NCBI GenBank assembly: GCA_049967855.1
Contig: JBMFRX010000010.1
Span: forward strand, 1 to 54,778
DNA: 54,778 bases
Direction: 5' to 3'
Origin: Caldisericaceae bacterium
Lineage (GTDB): Bacteria > Caldisericota > Caldisericia > Caldisericales > Caldisericaceae
Made by a program: the position numbers and the translations under genes
Shown here: piece by piece, positions 46,939 to 54,778 of the stretch
Layout of the letters: each line of letters opens with the position of its first letter
How positions within the stretch are numbered: position 1 is the stretch's first letter
Notes under the pieces: generated by a model
Told to the model about the DNA's origin: nothing
Database searches by the model: none
What the model saw: the letters and a program-made list of their open reading frames with translations, nothing else

Positions 46939-47624
46939 TCGCTCTCCTAAAATTAAGTTTAACCTTCTATAAAACATAATATTCACTAACTCTTAAACGA
47001 CCTAACATCACTAAGCAAGGAACTTATTAAGTTAACAACAAAAAAAGTGTCCTATGTCTGAATTAACAAGGTGCCTCTAAAATCAAACAAGAGGTTACAA
47101 AACAAGGCATTCAACTTCCCTGAAATTGTAAGTCTTAGAGGCGTCTTTTCAAACCCCCATACAACCAAACTCGTCCTTGGAATATGCTTTAAATTTACCA
47201 TCGCACACCATTTGTTTTTATTAGCCTTGTACTCCACCTCTAAAATCGACGCTATTCAATTCTCCCAGGCAAAATTTATAACATTTAAAAATGTTACAAT
47301 AATATATAGAAAAAAGTAAAAAAATCAAGTTTACCGTCTCGCAATTCGCAAACGTCTGAACAAGCATATAATAATGATGTTGGATAGTAACAGAAGTTTC
47401 TCATATGACCAAATGAACCCCATCGGTCACCTAATAAAAGACTTAAAAGAATTTATTTCCAAAGAATCAAATTTTCGGAAGAAAAAGCGTTAAAGGAGAG
47501 CAATCAAATTTACTTCATTGTAAAAACATTTTATGGACAAAAGTGCCAATACTCGTTACATTAAAATTTATATTGATAGTAAAGTACTTTTCAATAACTC
47601 CGTTATTTAGTGTATAATAATAAT

Positions 47625-48983
47625 ATGAAAGGTATTTTAGTTGAAAAAGTGAGGGATTTTTTAATCACCAAGCAACTCATATTACCAAATGACAGAGTTC
47701 TTCTTGGAGTATCAGGCGGGCCTGATTCAACGGCAATGCTTTTTGCTTTGAACGAACTTAAGGATAATCTTCAATTTGAGGTCGCAATTGCTACTTTCAA
47801 CCACAGCTTAAGAAGAGAAGCTGCTTACGAGGTTGAGTTTGTAAGGTCAATAGCTTCAGAGCTTGCGATACCATTTTTTACTGAAAGAAAAAATGTTCAG
47901 AAAACGGCAACCGATAATTCTATGTCTATTGAACAGGCTGCAAGATTGGAGAGACTGGATTTCCTCTTCAGAATCAAGAAAAAGGGCTCATTCAATAAAA
48001 TTGCCCTTGCACACACTTTAGACGACCAGGTTGAAACTGTTCTTTTTCATTTGCTGAAAGGGGCTGGCAGTGAAGGACTTGCAGGCATTAGGGCGAAAAG
48101 CTTTGATGGAATAATTCATCCGTTTCTTGAAATAACAAAGAAGGAGATTCTAACATTCTTGGATGAAAACAATCTCAAGTACGTGCAGGATAAATCAAAC
48201 CTTTCTCTCTCGTATGAACGCAACAGGATACGAATGCAACTTGTTCCACTAATGCAATCTTTTAATCCTTCATTTAAACTTAATCTCATTTCAACTGTAA
48301 GGATACTTCAGGCAGAAGATGATTATCTTCAAATGCTTGCAAAAAAAGATTACGAAGCCCTAAAGCAAGAAAGCTGTTTTAGTAAGGTTATTTTCAACAA
48401 TCTTCCTCTCTCTGAAAGGAGGAGAATCCTCAAGACAATCTTAGGCAAAGCTGCTTCCTTTGATAAAATCGAAGCTGCGATTGACTTTCTTGAGACCTCC
48501 AAGAGAAAGTTTAACCTGCCAAGCGGTAACTATCTTATTTCGGACAGGAAATCTTTCTGGATAGAGACAAGTTCCCCATTCTCGCTCAACAAACAATACC
48601 AAATCAAAATACCTGGGACTACTTCGATAGAGGATATAGATCTCAAAATAATCGCAACAATCACTGACAAACACGATATGAAATTCGACAACTTCAACGT
48701 AGCATTTCCACTGGGAAGTCTTGCCTTGCCTCTGATGTTGAGGTTTAGAAAAGAAGGCGATTTCATCGTTACAGAGAAAGGAACAAAAAAACTTCAGGAT
48801 ATTTTTGTTGACAGCAAAATCAAGCGCGATGAGCGTTACAAAGTTCCAATTATTGTTGACGGTAACGATGAAGTGCTCTGGATTGTAGGCTTAAGAAGAA
48901 CTGCCAACTACAAAATAGTTAAACAATCAGCCAAAATACTAGCTTTGAAGGCTATCTTTAATAAAAATTTATTTTTGCTATAA
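47625..48983 (+). CDS. tilS: tRNA(Ile)-lysidine synthetase
   Basis: VSGGPDS, NHSLR, AHTLDDQVET, RNRIR, C-terminal KKLQDIFVD. Precedes hpt-ftsH. Confidence 0.96.
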   Translation: MKGILVEKVRDFLITKQLILPNDRVLLGVSGGPDSTAMLFALNELKDNLQFEVAIATFNHSLRREAAYEVEFVRSIASELAIPFFTERKNVQKTATDNSMSIEQAARLERLDFLFRIKKKGSFNKIALAHTLDDQVETVLFHLLKGAGSEGLAGIRAKSFDGIIHPFLEITKKEILTFLDENNLKYVQDKSNLSLSYERNRIRMQLVPLMQSFNPSFKLNLISTVRILQAEDDYLQMLAKKDYEALKQESCFSKVIFNNLPLSERRRILKTILGKAASFDKIEAAIDFLETSKRKFNLPSGNYLISDRKSFWIETSSPFSLNKQYQIKIPGTTSIEDIDLKIIATITDKHDMKFDNFNVAFPLGSLALPLMLRFRKEGDFIVTEKGTKKLQDIFVDSKIKRDERYKVPIIVDGNDEVLWIVGLRRTANYKIVKQSAKILALKAIFNKNLFLL

Positions 48984-48991
48984 TAGTTTAT

Positions 48992-49558
48992 ATGAATAAA
49001 GACGTTGAAGAGGTCTTAATTTCCGAAGAAGAAATAAAGGCAAGAATAAAGGTAATAGCAAAAGAGATACGCAAAGACTACCTCAAGAAATTTCCTTTGC
49101 TTGTTTGTATTTTGAGAGGTGCTTTCGTGTTCCTCGCAGACCTGGTAAGGGAAATTGATATTCCCTTATCCGTAGACTTTATGGCAATCTCAAGTTATGG
49201 CGGGCATGTGGATTCAAGCGGTCAAGTTAAGATTCTTAAGGATCTTGACACCCCAATTGAGGGGAGAAATGTTATTATAATCGAAGATATAGTAGATACT
49301 GGCTTGACAATGGATGCTGTTACAAGGCTTCTTATGACAAGGAATCCAGAGAGCATAAGGATTTGCACTCTTCTTGACAAAGTTGAGCGAAGAATAATAG
49401 ACATAAAAGTTGATTATTATGGATTTAAAATACCCAACAAATTTGTAATTGGATATGGATTAGATTACGAAGAAAAGTATAGAAACCTTCCTTATATAGG
49501 AGTGCTTAAAAAGGAAGTTTATTCTTACAAAGAAAACAACGGAGGTTTGAATAAATAA
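48992..49558 (+). CDS. hpt: hypoxanthine phosphoribosyltransferase
   Basis: IIEDIVDTGLT, FVIGYGLDY, YRNLPYIG. Confidence 0.97.
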   Translation: MNKDVEEVLISEEEIKARIKVIAKEIRKDYLKKFPLLVCILRGAFVFLADLVREIDIPLSVDFMAISSYGGHVDSSGQVKILKDLDTPIEGRNVIIIEDIVDTGLTMDAVTRLLMTRNPESIRICTLLDKVERRIIDIKVDYYGFKIPNKFVIGYGLDYEEKYRNLPYIGVLKKEVYSYKENNGGLNK

Positions 49559-51466
49559 ATGGCAAACAATACTGATAACAACAATAAAGGAAAGAATAAT
49601 AACAAGAATTTAATAGTCAGGGAAATAGTAACGTGGATAGTCCTCATAGTGACAGTTTTCGTTGTGTACAGATTCCTTAACACATCCAGTAGCGGCCCAG
49701 TTAAGACTGTAGATTATTCAGTTTTCTGGAACTATGCAAAAGATGGTGAATTGACAAACGCAACAATAATTACGCAGGATGGAGTAGCTTTAAAAGTTAC
49801 AGGGACCCTCAAGGACGGAACAACAATTAATGCAAATAGTACTTCCAATACAGATTCTCTTGAGAGTTTACTTCTTGACAAAGGAGTCCCTTATTCAGTG
49901 CAACCAAGCAGCTCGACATTCTGGACGATATTCTGGAACATAGTGCCCTGGATTGCTGTCCTTGCATTATGGTGGTTTATGATGCAGAAAATGATGCAAG
50001 GCGCAGGCGGTGGCGGAAGCCAGGCATTTACATTTGGTAAAAGCAAAGCAAAACTATTTATGGAGAACAAACCACAAATAACATTCAAGGATGTAGCAGG
50101 TGCAGAAGAGGTAAAAGACGAAGTTAGAGAAATTATAGACTTTCTGAAAAATCCAAAGAAATTCGTAAAGTTCGGTGCCAAGATACCAAAGGGAGTCCTG
50201 CTTGTAGGTCCTCCTGGCTGCGGCAAAACTCTTATAGCAAAGGCAATTGCTGGGGAGGCGGGCGTTCCATTCTTCTCTGTCTCAGGCTCAGAATTTGTCG
50301 AGATGTTTGTAGGCGTTGGTGCATCCAGAGTAAGAGATCTTTTTACCCAGGCAAGAGCTTACGCTCCCTGTATCGTTTTTGTGGACGAAATAGATGCAGT
50401 AGGCAGGCACAGAGGCGCAGGAGTTGGCGGTGGCAATGATGAGAGAGAACAGACTCTTAACCAGCTACTTGTTGAAATGGATGGTTTTGACCCACACACA
50501 GGAATAATCATTGTCGCAGCTACTAACCGACCAGATATTCTAGACCCTGCACTTTTGAGACCAGGCCGTTTTGACAGAAGAGTTGTTGTAGGAATGCCTG
50601 ACACCAAAGAAAGAGAAGAGATTCTTCAATTACACGCAAGAAATAAGCCAATAGATGGCAGCGTTAATCTTTCAGCTATTGCTCAACAAACTGCTGGCTT
50701 CACGGGGGCAGACCTTGAGAATTTACTTAATGAAGCTGCATTGCTTACCGTGCGAAAAGGTTTGGAAAAAGTTACTCAGAAGGAAATAGAAGAGGCAATA
50801 GATAAGGTTATAGCAGGGCCTGAAAAGAAGTCAGTAGTACTGTCCGACCAAGAAAAACTCATAGTTGCCTACCATGAGACAGGACATGCCATAGTAACAA
50901 CTGCTCTTCCATCTGGCGATCTCGTTCATAGAATATCAATAATCTCAAGAGGCATGGCTCTCGGATACAATGTTCAACTGCCCGAGAAAGATAAATATTT
51001 GCAAACAAAAACTGAACTTATGAACAAAATATCAGCCTTGCTGGGCGGACGAGCCGCAGAGGAAGTTGCCATAGGTGAAGTTTCTACTGGTGCATCAAAT
51101 GACCTTGAGAGAGCAACCGACATAGCAATGAAGATGGTGAGGGCCTATGGAATGAGTGACAAATTAGGGCCAATTACCTTTGGGAAAGAAAATGAGCTCA
51201 TTTTCCTGGGCAAAGAACTTGGAGAAGAAAGGAACTACAGCGAAAAAACTGCTGACTTAATCGATGCAGAAGTTAAAAGAATAGTTGAGTACTGCTATGA
51301 CCGAGCCAAAGGTGTTATAAAAGACCAGTTCGAAACAGTTAAAGAAATAGCAATGGCCCTTCTCACAAAGGAAACTCTCCAAGGGGAAGAGCTCAAAAGT
51401 TACTTGAGCAAGATACAAGTTGAAAAAGCACCAAAAGATATTACTGCTGTACAACCAACTTCTTAG
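49559..51466 (+). CDS. ftsH: ATP-dependent zinc metalloprotease FtsH
   Basis: 2 [30 protein letters not shown]. Confidence 0.98.
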   Translation: MANNTDNNNKGKNNNKNLIVREIVTWIVLIVTVFVVYRFLNTSSSGPVKTVDYSVFWNYAKDGELTNATIITQDGVALKVTGTLKDGTTINANSTSNTDSLESLLLDKGVPYSVQPSSSTFWTIFWNIVPWIAVLALWWFMMQKMMQGAGGGGSQAFTFGKSKAKLFMENKPQITFKDVAGAEEVKDEVREIIDFLKNPKKFVKFGAKIPKGVLLVGPPGCGKTLIAKAIAGEAGVPFFSVSGSEFVEMFVGVGASRVRDLFTQARAYAPCIVFVDEIDAVGRHRGAGVGGGNDEREQTLNQLLVEMDGFDPHTGIIIVAATNRPDILDPALLRPGRFDRRVVVGMPDTKEREEILQLHARNKPIDGSVNLSAIAQQTAGFTGADLENLLNEAALLTVRKGLEKVTQKEIEEAIDKVIAGPEKKSVVLSDQEKLIVAYHETGHAIVTTALPSGDLVHRISIISRGMALGYNVQLPEKDKYLQTKTELMNKISALLGGRAAEEVAIGEVSTGASNDLERATDIAMKMVRAYGMSDKLGPITFGKENELIFLGKELGEERNYSEKTADLIDAEVKRIVEYCYDRAKGVIKDQFETVKEIAMALLTKETLQGEELKSYLSKIQVEKAPKDITAVQPTS

Positions 51467-52091
51467 CAATTTTGGCACCCAAAAATGGTGGCCTGCAGAA
51501 ACCCAATTTGAGGTAATGGTTGGGGCAATCCTCACTCAGCAAACTTCGTGGAAGAATGTTGAAAAAGCAATTATTAACCTGAAGGAGAGAGAGTCCCTCT
51601 CTCCTTTTTTCTTGCGGGACATACCTTTAGAGGAGCTTCAGGAAGTTATAAGGCCGTCGGGCTTTTATGTAGCCAAAGCCGCAACATTGAAACGCTTTGT
51701 AGAGTTCTTCTTTGAGGCGTATGGAGCAAGCATTGACAAAATGAAACAATTTGATACAAACGTTCTGAGGAACGAGTTGTTAAAAATCAAAGGGATTGGC
51801 AGAGAAACTGCTGACTCAATTATCCTCTATGCCCTGGATAAGCCAATTTTCCCAGTTGATAACTACACAAAAAGAATTTACTTCCGGAGTGGATTAAGCA
51901 GTAGCACTGATTACGAAGAGCTCCGACAAATTACAGAACAAGCATTGCAAACCCAAAATTTTGTTAGTGACCTCAAAGAATTCCATGCACTACTTGTCAA
52001 ACTCGGAAAGGACTTCTGTAAAAAGATCCCAAAGTGTGAATTATGCCCAATAAATAACAACTGTATTAAGAAAGGAGTCAAATATGAATAG
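51420..52091 (+). CDS. endonuclease III-related HhH-GPD protein with FeS motif
   Basis: WWPAET, GAILTQQTSW, KGIGRETADSI, PVD, CX5CX2CX5C. The TTG start overlaps ftsH and is uncertain. Confidence 0.85.
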   Translation: MKKHQKILLLYNQLLSNFGTQKWWPAETQFEVMVGAILTQQTSWKNVEKAIINLKERESLSPFFLRDIPLEELQEVIRPSGFYVAKAATLKRFVEFFFEAYGASIDKMKQFDTNVLRNELLKIKGIGRETADSIILYALDKPIFPVDNYTKRIYFRSGLSSSTDYEELRQITEQALQTQNFVSDLKEFHALLVKLGKDFCKKIPKCELCPINNNCIKKGVKYE

Positions 52092-53193
52092 CAAAGTTTA
52101 TCTAAAAAAATGTGAAACTTATGATGAGGAACAACTTAACAACGCCTTAAATGAAATAACTCTTGACTTTGACAAAACGAAGATTAAAGATAAAAGGATC
52201 CTGTTATTCTTTGACGAACCCGCTCCCGACGAAAGAATTCTCAAAGCTATAATAAAACTCCTTAGAGAAAACGGATGTGCGGAGGTAATTGCAGGAACGT
52301 CAATTTTTGTAAACAGCACGCCAGAAAAGCTTAAGACAATACTTAAGGAGACAGGCGTAGATTTCATAGACTTCAGAGAATCTCAATATGAAAGGATTGA
52401 TGTTCCTTTCCGCAAAGAAAAATCAGCAGAACATTCACTTGGATTTGCCGTCCTCTCTCCCATCCAGTATGCGACAGATAAGGCAACGGCCAATATCGCT
52501 CCTGCAAGAATACGTATTCTAAAAAATGCTCTTCTGCCTGTAGCTTTCACCGATAGTGACTACATTGTTCCAGTGTTAAAAATGAAGGACTCTCCTACCT
52601 TCAAAATCGGAGGCTTCGTTAATTCGATGCTTTACCTTGTACCTACCATAACCAGAGGAGAAATCTTTATGAATCTCCACCGACACAAGGGCGTTGAGTC
52701 CATCCTTGATATCTTCAATACGGTAAGGGAAAAGGTTCTTTTTGGCATACTTGACGGCATTGAAGCAAGCATTTCAAATGATTCCCAAATAAACAAGATG
52801 AATGTCATTCTCTCCTCTCAGGACGTTCTTTCGCTAGACGCTATGCTTGCCGTACTAATCGGCTTTAAGTCAAGTGAAATACCTACAAACGAACTCGGAA
52901 ATGCTTTTGACTTTGGGAACGGAATCCTCAAACGCGTTGACATTTACGGGGACGATTTTGAGAAATTACGCAAAGAAGCAACTAAGAATTTACGCTTTCC
53001 AAATGTTCCTGACAGAAAGAGAAACTTCCCACAAATTATTCAACAAAACCTGGCAGAGTTAAGAAGAGTTCAAAATTTTTGTCCAACGGGTGCAATTATT
53101 GAAGACAATGGAAGTTTCCATATTGATAGAAACAAATGCATTAAATGCAACTTCTGCACTCAAATTGCAGATAAGCTAATTAAGATGGGTTAA
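52084..53193 (+). CDS. divergent DUF362-like protein with C-terminal 4Fe-4S domain
   Basis: VYLKKCETYD start, ILDGIEA, SQDVLSLD, CPTGAI...CIKCNFC. Confidence 0.65.
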   Translation: MNSKVYLKKCETYDEEQLNNALNEITLDFDKTKIKDKRILLFFDEPAPDERILKAIIKLLRENGCAEVIAGTSIFVNSTPEKLKTILKETGVDFIDFRESQYERIDVPFRKEKSAEHSLGFAVLSPIQYATDKATANIAPARIRILKNALLPVAFTDSDYIVPVLKMKDSPTFKIGGFVNSMLYLVPTITRGEIFMNLHRHKGVESILDIFNTVREKVLFGILDGIEASISNDSQINKMNVILSSQDVLSLDAMLAVLIGFKSSEIPTNELGNAFDFGNGILKRVDIYGDDFEKLRKEATKNLRFPNVPDRKRNFPQIIQQNLAELRRVQNFCPTGAIIEDNGSFHIDRNKCIKCNFCTQIADKLIKMG

Positions 53194-53243
53194 GCGGGGT
53201 GAGTTTGTCTGTCTGATTTCCCAACCCACGATAAGAAAATATC

Positions 53244-54515
53244 CTACCTGTAAAACAACAGGAAAAATCCTCCTGCCACCAGGATATTAATGAAAGTGAT
53301 TGGCACGACAACTTTCAGGTAGTCCTTCCACTCAACTTCAATTCCTGCTTTAGACAAAATTGACAAACCAACAACGTTTGGCGAGGCTCCAATGGGCGTA
53401 AAGTTGCCTCCCACATCTGTACCAAATGTAACAATCAAACCCATGCTAACAAGAGAGATCAGTCCAGTCGGGGCAAGCAACTTGACAACAGGCACCATTG
53501 ATGCAGCAAAAGGCACGTTATCTATAAAGCCTGAAAGTATGCCCGATGTCCAGAGTAATATCGTCTTAATCAAGAATGTGCTACCCTTTGCGGCATTGGC
53601 AATGAGGCTGCTGATTGACGCTATAACACCGGTCTTCTCCAGAGAACCGATAATGATAAACAAAGTCGTGAAGAACATAAGAACTTCCCAATCTATTGAC
53701 TGCCAAATGTTTGCAACCTTTTTGCCATTAAGCAGAAGGGCAATTATTGCTCCAATAAGCCCTGCATAAGCTACAGAGATTTTCAAATTATCATGCAAAA
53801 TCAGCAAGATGATTGCAACACCAAAACTTACGATTCCTGTGACCATCATATACCTATCGGTTATATGCTCTACAGGCTTAAGTGAACTTATATAACCTGC
53901 TTCCAGAGCACTTGATTTCTTAAATTCATTTCTATAAATGAGTACAAAGTAAAGCGTATTCAAGAATAAGACTAAGAAAGCAATTGGAGCAAGATATTTT
54001 ATGAATTGAATCAAAGTTATACCAAGGCCAGTACCAAGTATAATATTCGGCGGGTTACCCATAAGAGTTGCGCTTCCACCAATGTTTGCAGCAGTTATCT
54101 GAGAAAGAACAAAAGGTATGGGACTAATCTTAAGCTTTTTTGCTGTTTGAACTGACAGTGAGCTCATAAATAACATTACGGTGATGCTATCCATAAAAGC
54201 CGAAAGCAAACCTGTTAAAAGAGCAAATGCAATGAGTATTAGCACTGGCACTCCATTGGTTATCTTCAGTACGTTAACGCTAAGATAATCGAAAAACCCG
54301 CTGTCAATTAGAATCCTTACAAGGATAAACATTCCAAAGATTAAACCGATAGCTTCCCAGTTTACTGAAGTAACTATATCTTTTGGTTCAAGTACATTGA
54401 AAATCATAAGCAGGAAAGCTCCTGCTAAAGAGACAATGGAACGTGGTAAAATGTTAAAGATGATGAAAGCATAAACAACTAAAAATATAATCACAGATAT
54501 GATCTTTGGACTCAT
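53244..54515 (-). CDS. ArsB/NhaD (SLC13-like) family transporter
   Basis: LSAFMDSITV, ANIGGSATLMGNPPN, DNVP, GGNFTPIGASPN. Confidence 0.9.
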   Translation of the reverse strand: MSPKIISVIIFLVVYAFIIFNILPRSIVSLAGAFLLMIFNVLEPKDIVTSVNWEAIGLIFGMFILVRILIDSGFFDYLSVNVLKITNGVPVLILIAFALLTGLLSAFMDSITVMLFMSSLSVQTAKKLKISPIPFVLSQITAANIGGSATLMGNPPNIILGTGLGITLIQFIKYLAPIAFLVLFLNTLYFVLIYRNEFKKSSALEAGYISSLKPVEHITDRYMMVTGIVSFGVAIILLILHDNLKISVAYAGLIGAIIALLLNGKKVANIWQSIDWEVLMFFTTLFIIIGSLEKTGVIASISSLIANAAKGSTFLIKTILLWTSGILSGFIDNVPFAASMVPVVKLLAPTGLISLVSMGLIVTFGTDVGGNFTPIGASPNVVGLSILSKAGIEVEWKDYLKVVVPITFINILVAGGFFLLFYR

Positions 54516-54533
54516 AAAAATTCTCCTTTATAT

Positions 54534-54776
54534 TCAGTCACAAACAAGCAGGAAAGGTTTTGGAAGAAACGCTACCAGAAGTTTAACATGCGGGTCTAGT
54601 GCAAATGGCCGAAACAGGAAGCGTAGCTTATAACTCTTTCTTGGAGAGCCTCTGCTTCCAATTATTATGTCGGCATTTGCAGCCTGTGCTATAACCGAAG
54701 CAACTTCCTTTCCACTTTCCGCAGAGGAAAACTTTGTATTCAAATTGTAGGGGGCAATAATTTCACCAACGCGTTT
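54534..54776 (-). CDS. universal stress protein-like C-terminus (5'-truncated by window edge)
   Basis: Frame open to the window end. ADIIIGSRG and terminal PFLLV resemble USP motifs. Confidence 0.55.
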   Translation of the reverse strand, partial: KRVGEIIAPYNLNTKFSSAESGKEVASVIAQAANADIIIGSRGSPRKSYKLRFLFRPFALDPHVKLLVAFLPKPFLLVCD

Positions 54777-54778
54777 CT

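Noticed and set aside
47052..47319. Two short overlapping ORFs (61 and 82 aa) in the large intergenic region
   Set aside because: No convincing RBS or homology cues. The region looks non-coding.
49559..49610. Asn-rich N-terminus of FtsH ([17 protein letters not shown]) as a second Asn sensor
   Set aside because: Part of the main ORF. Low-complexity AT-rich N-tails are common in FtsH, and no alternative hairpins are seen.
1..54778. CRISPR arrays, tRNA/rRNA genes, transposases, integrases, defence systems
   Set aside because: No spaced direct-repeat array, cloverleaf or mobile/defence protein motifs were seen by eye. Short ncRNAs could have been missed.

Overview
A 54.8 kb bacterial chromosomal window, AT-rich, from an anaerobe judging by gene content (rubrerythrin/rubredoxin, Fe-ADH). 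It resembles Caldiserica or a similar deep-branching lineage, but that is an impression only. I saw no rRNA, tRNA, CRISPR array, prophage or transposase. Layout: (1) 1-9.1 kb, secreted/lipoprotein genes (BNR propellers, CARDB-PQQ, two paralogous novel-domain proteins); (2) a heterodimeric TM287/288-type ABC exporter; (3) housekeeping genes (Asp23-DAK2-punA-pdp-DHH/CBS tRNA nucleotidyltransferase-MoxR/DUF58/transglutaminase, tlpA-trxA, PASTA-rpe, coaD-SepIVA-like-DUF177-asnS-holA, rpsT); (4) two MacB-type ABC modules; (5) a rubrerythrin-rubredoxin-ferritin-like-NROR operon, whose rubredoxin the ORF track missed; (6) an archaeal-type asparagine synthetase A; (7) an NTF2-SDR-flavoprotein cluster; (8) tilS-hpt-ftsH and neighbours. 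The main finding is an apparent asparagine-sensing ribosome-mediated attenuator upstream of the asparagine synthetase: a promoter, a 25-aa leader peptide containing NSNNNN, and mutually exclusive 1:2, 2:3 and 3:4 hairpins. Also notable are recurrent 16-bp-spacer promoters, several probably leaderless genes, and one palindromic -35 shared by two divergent promoters.
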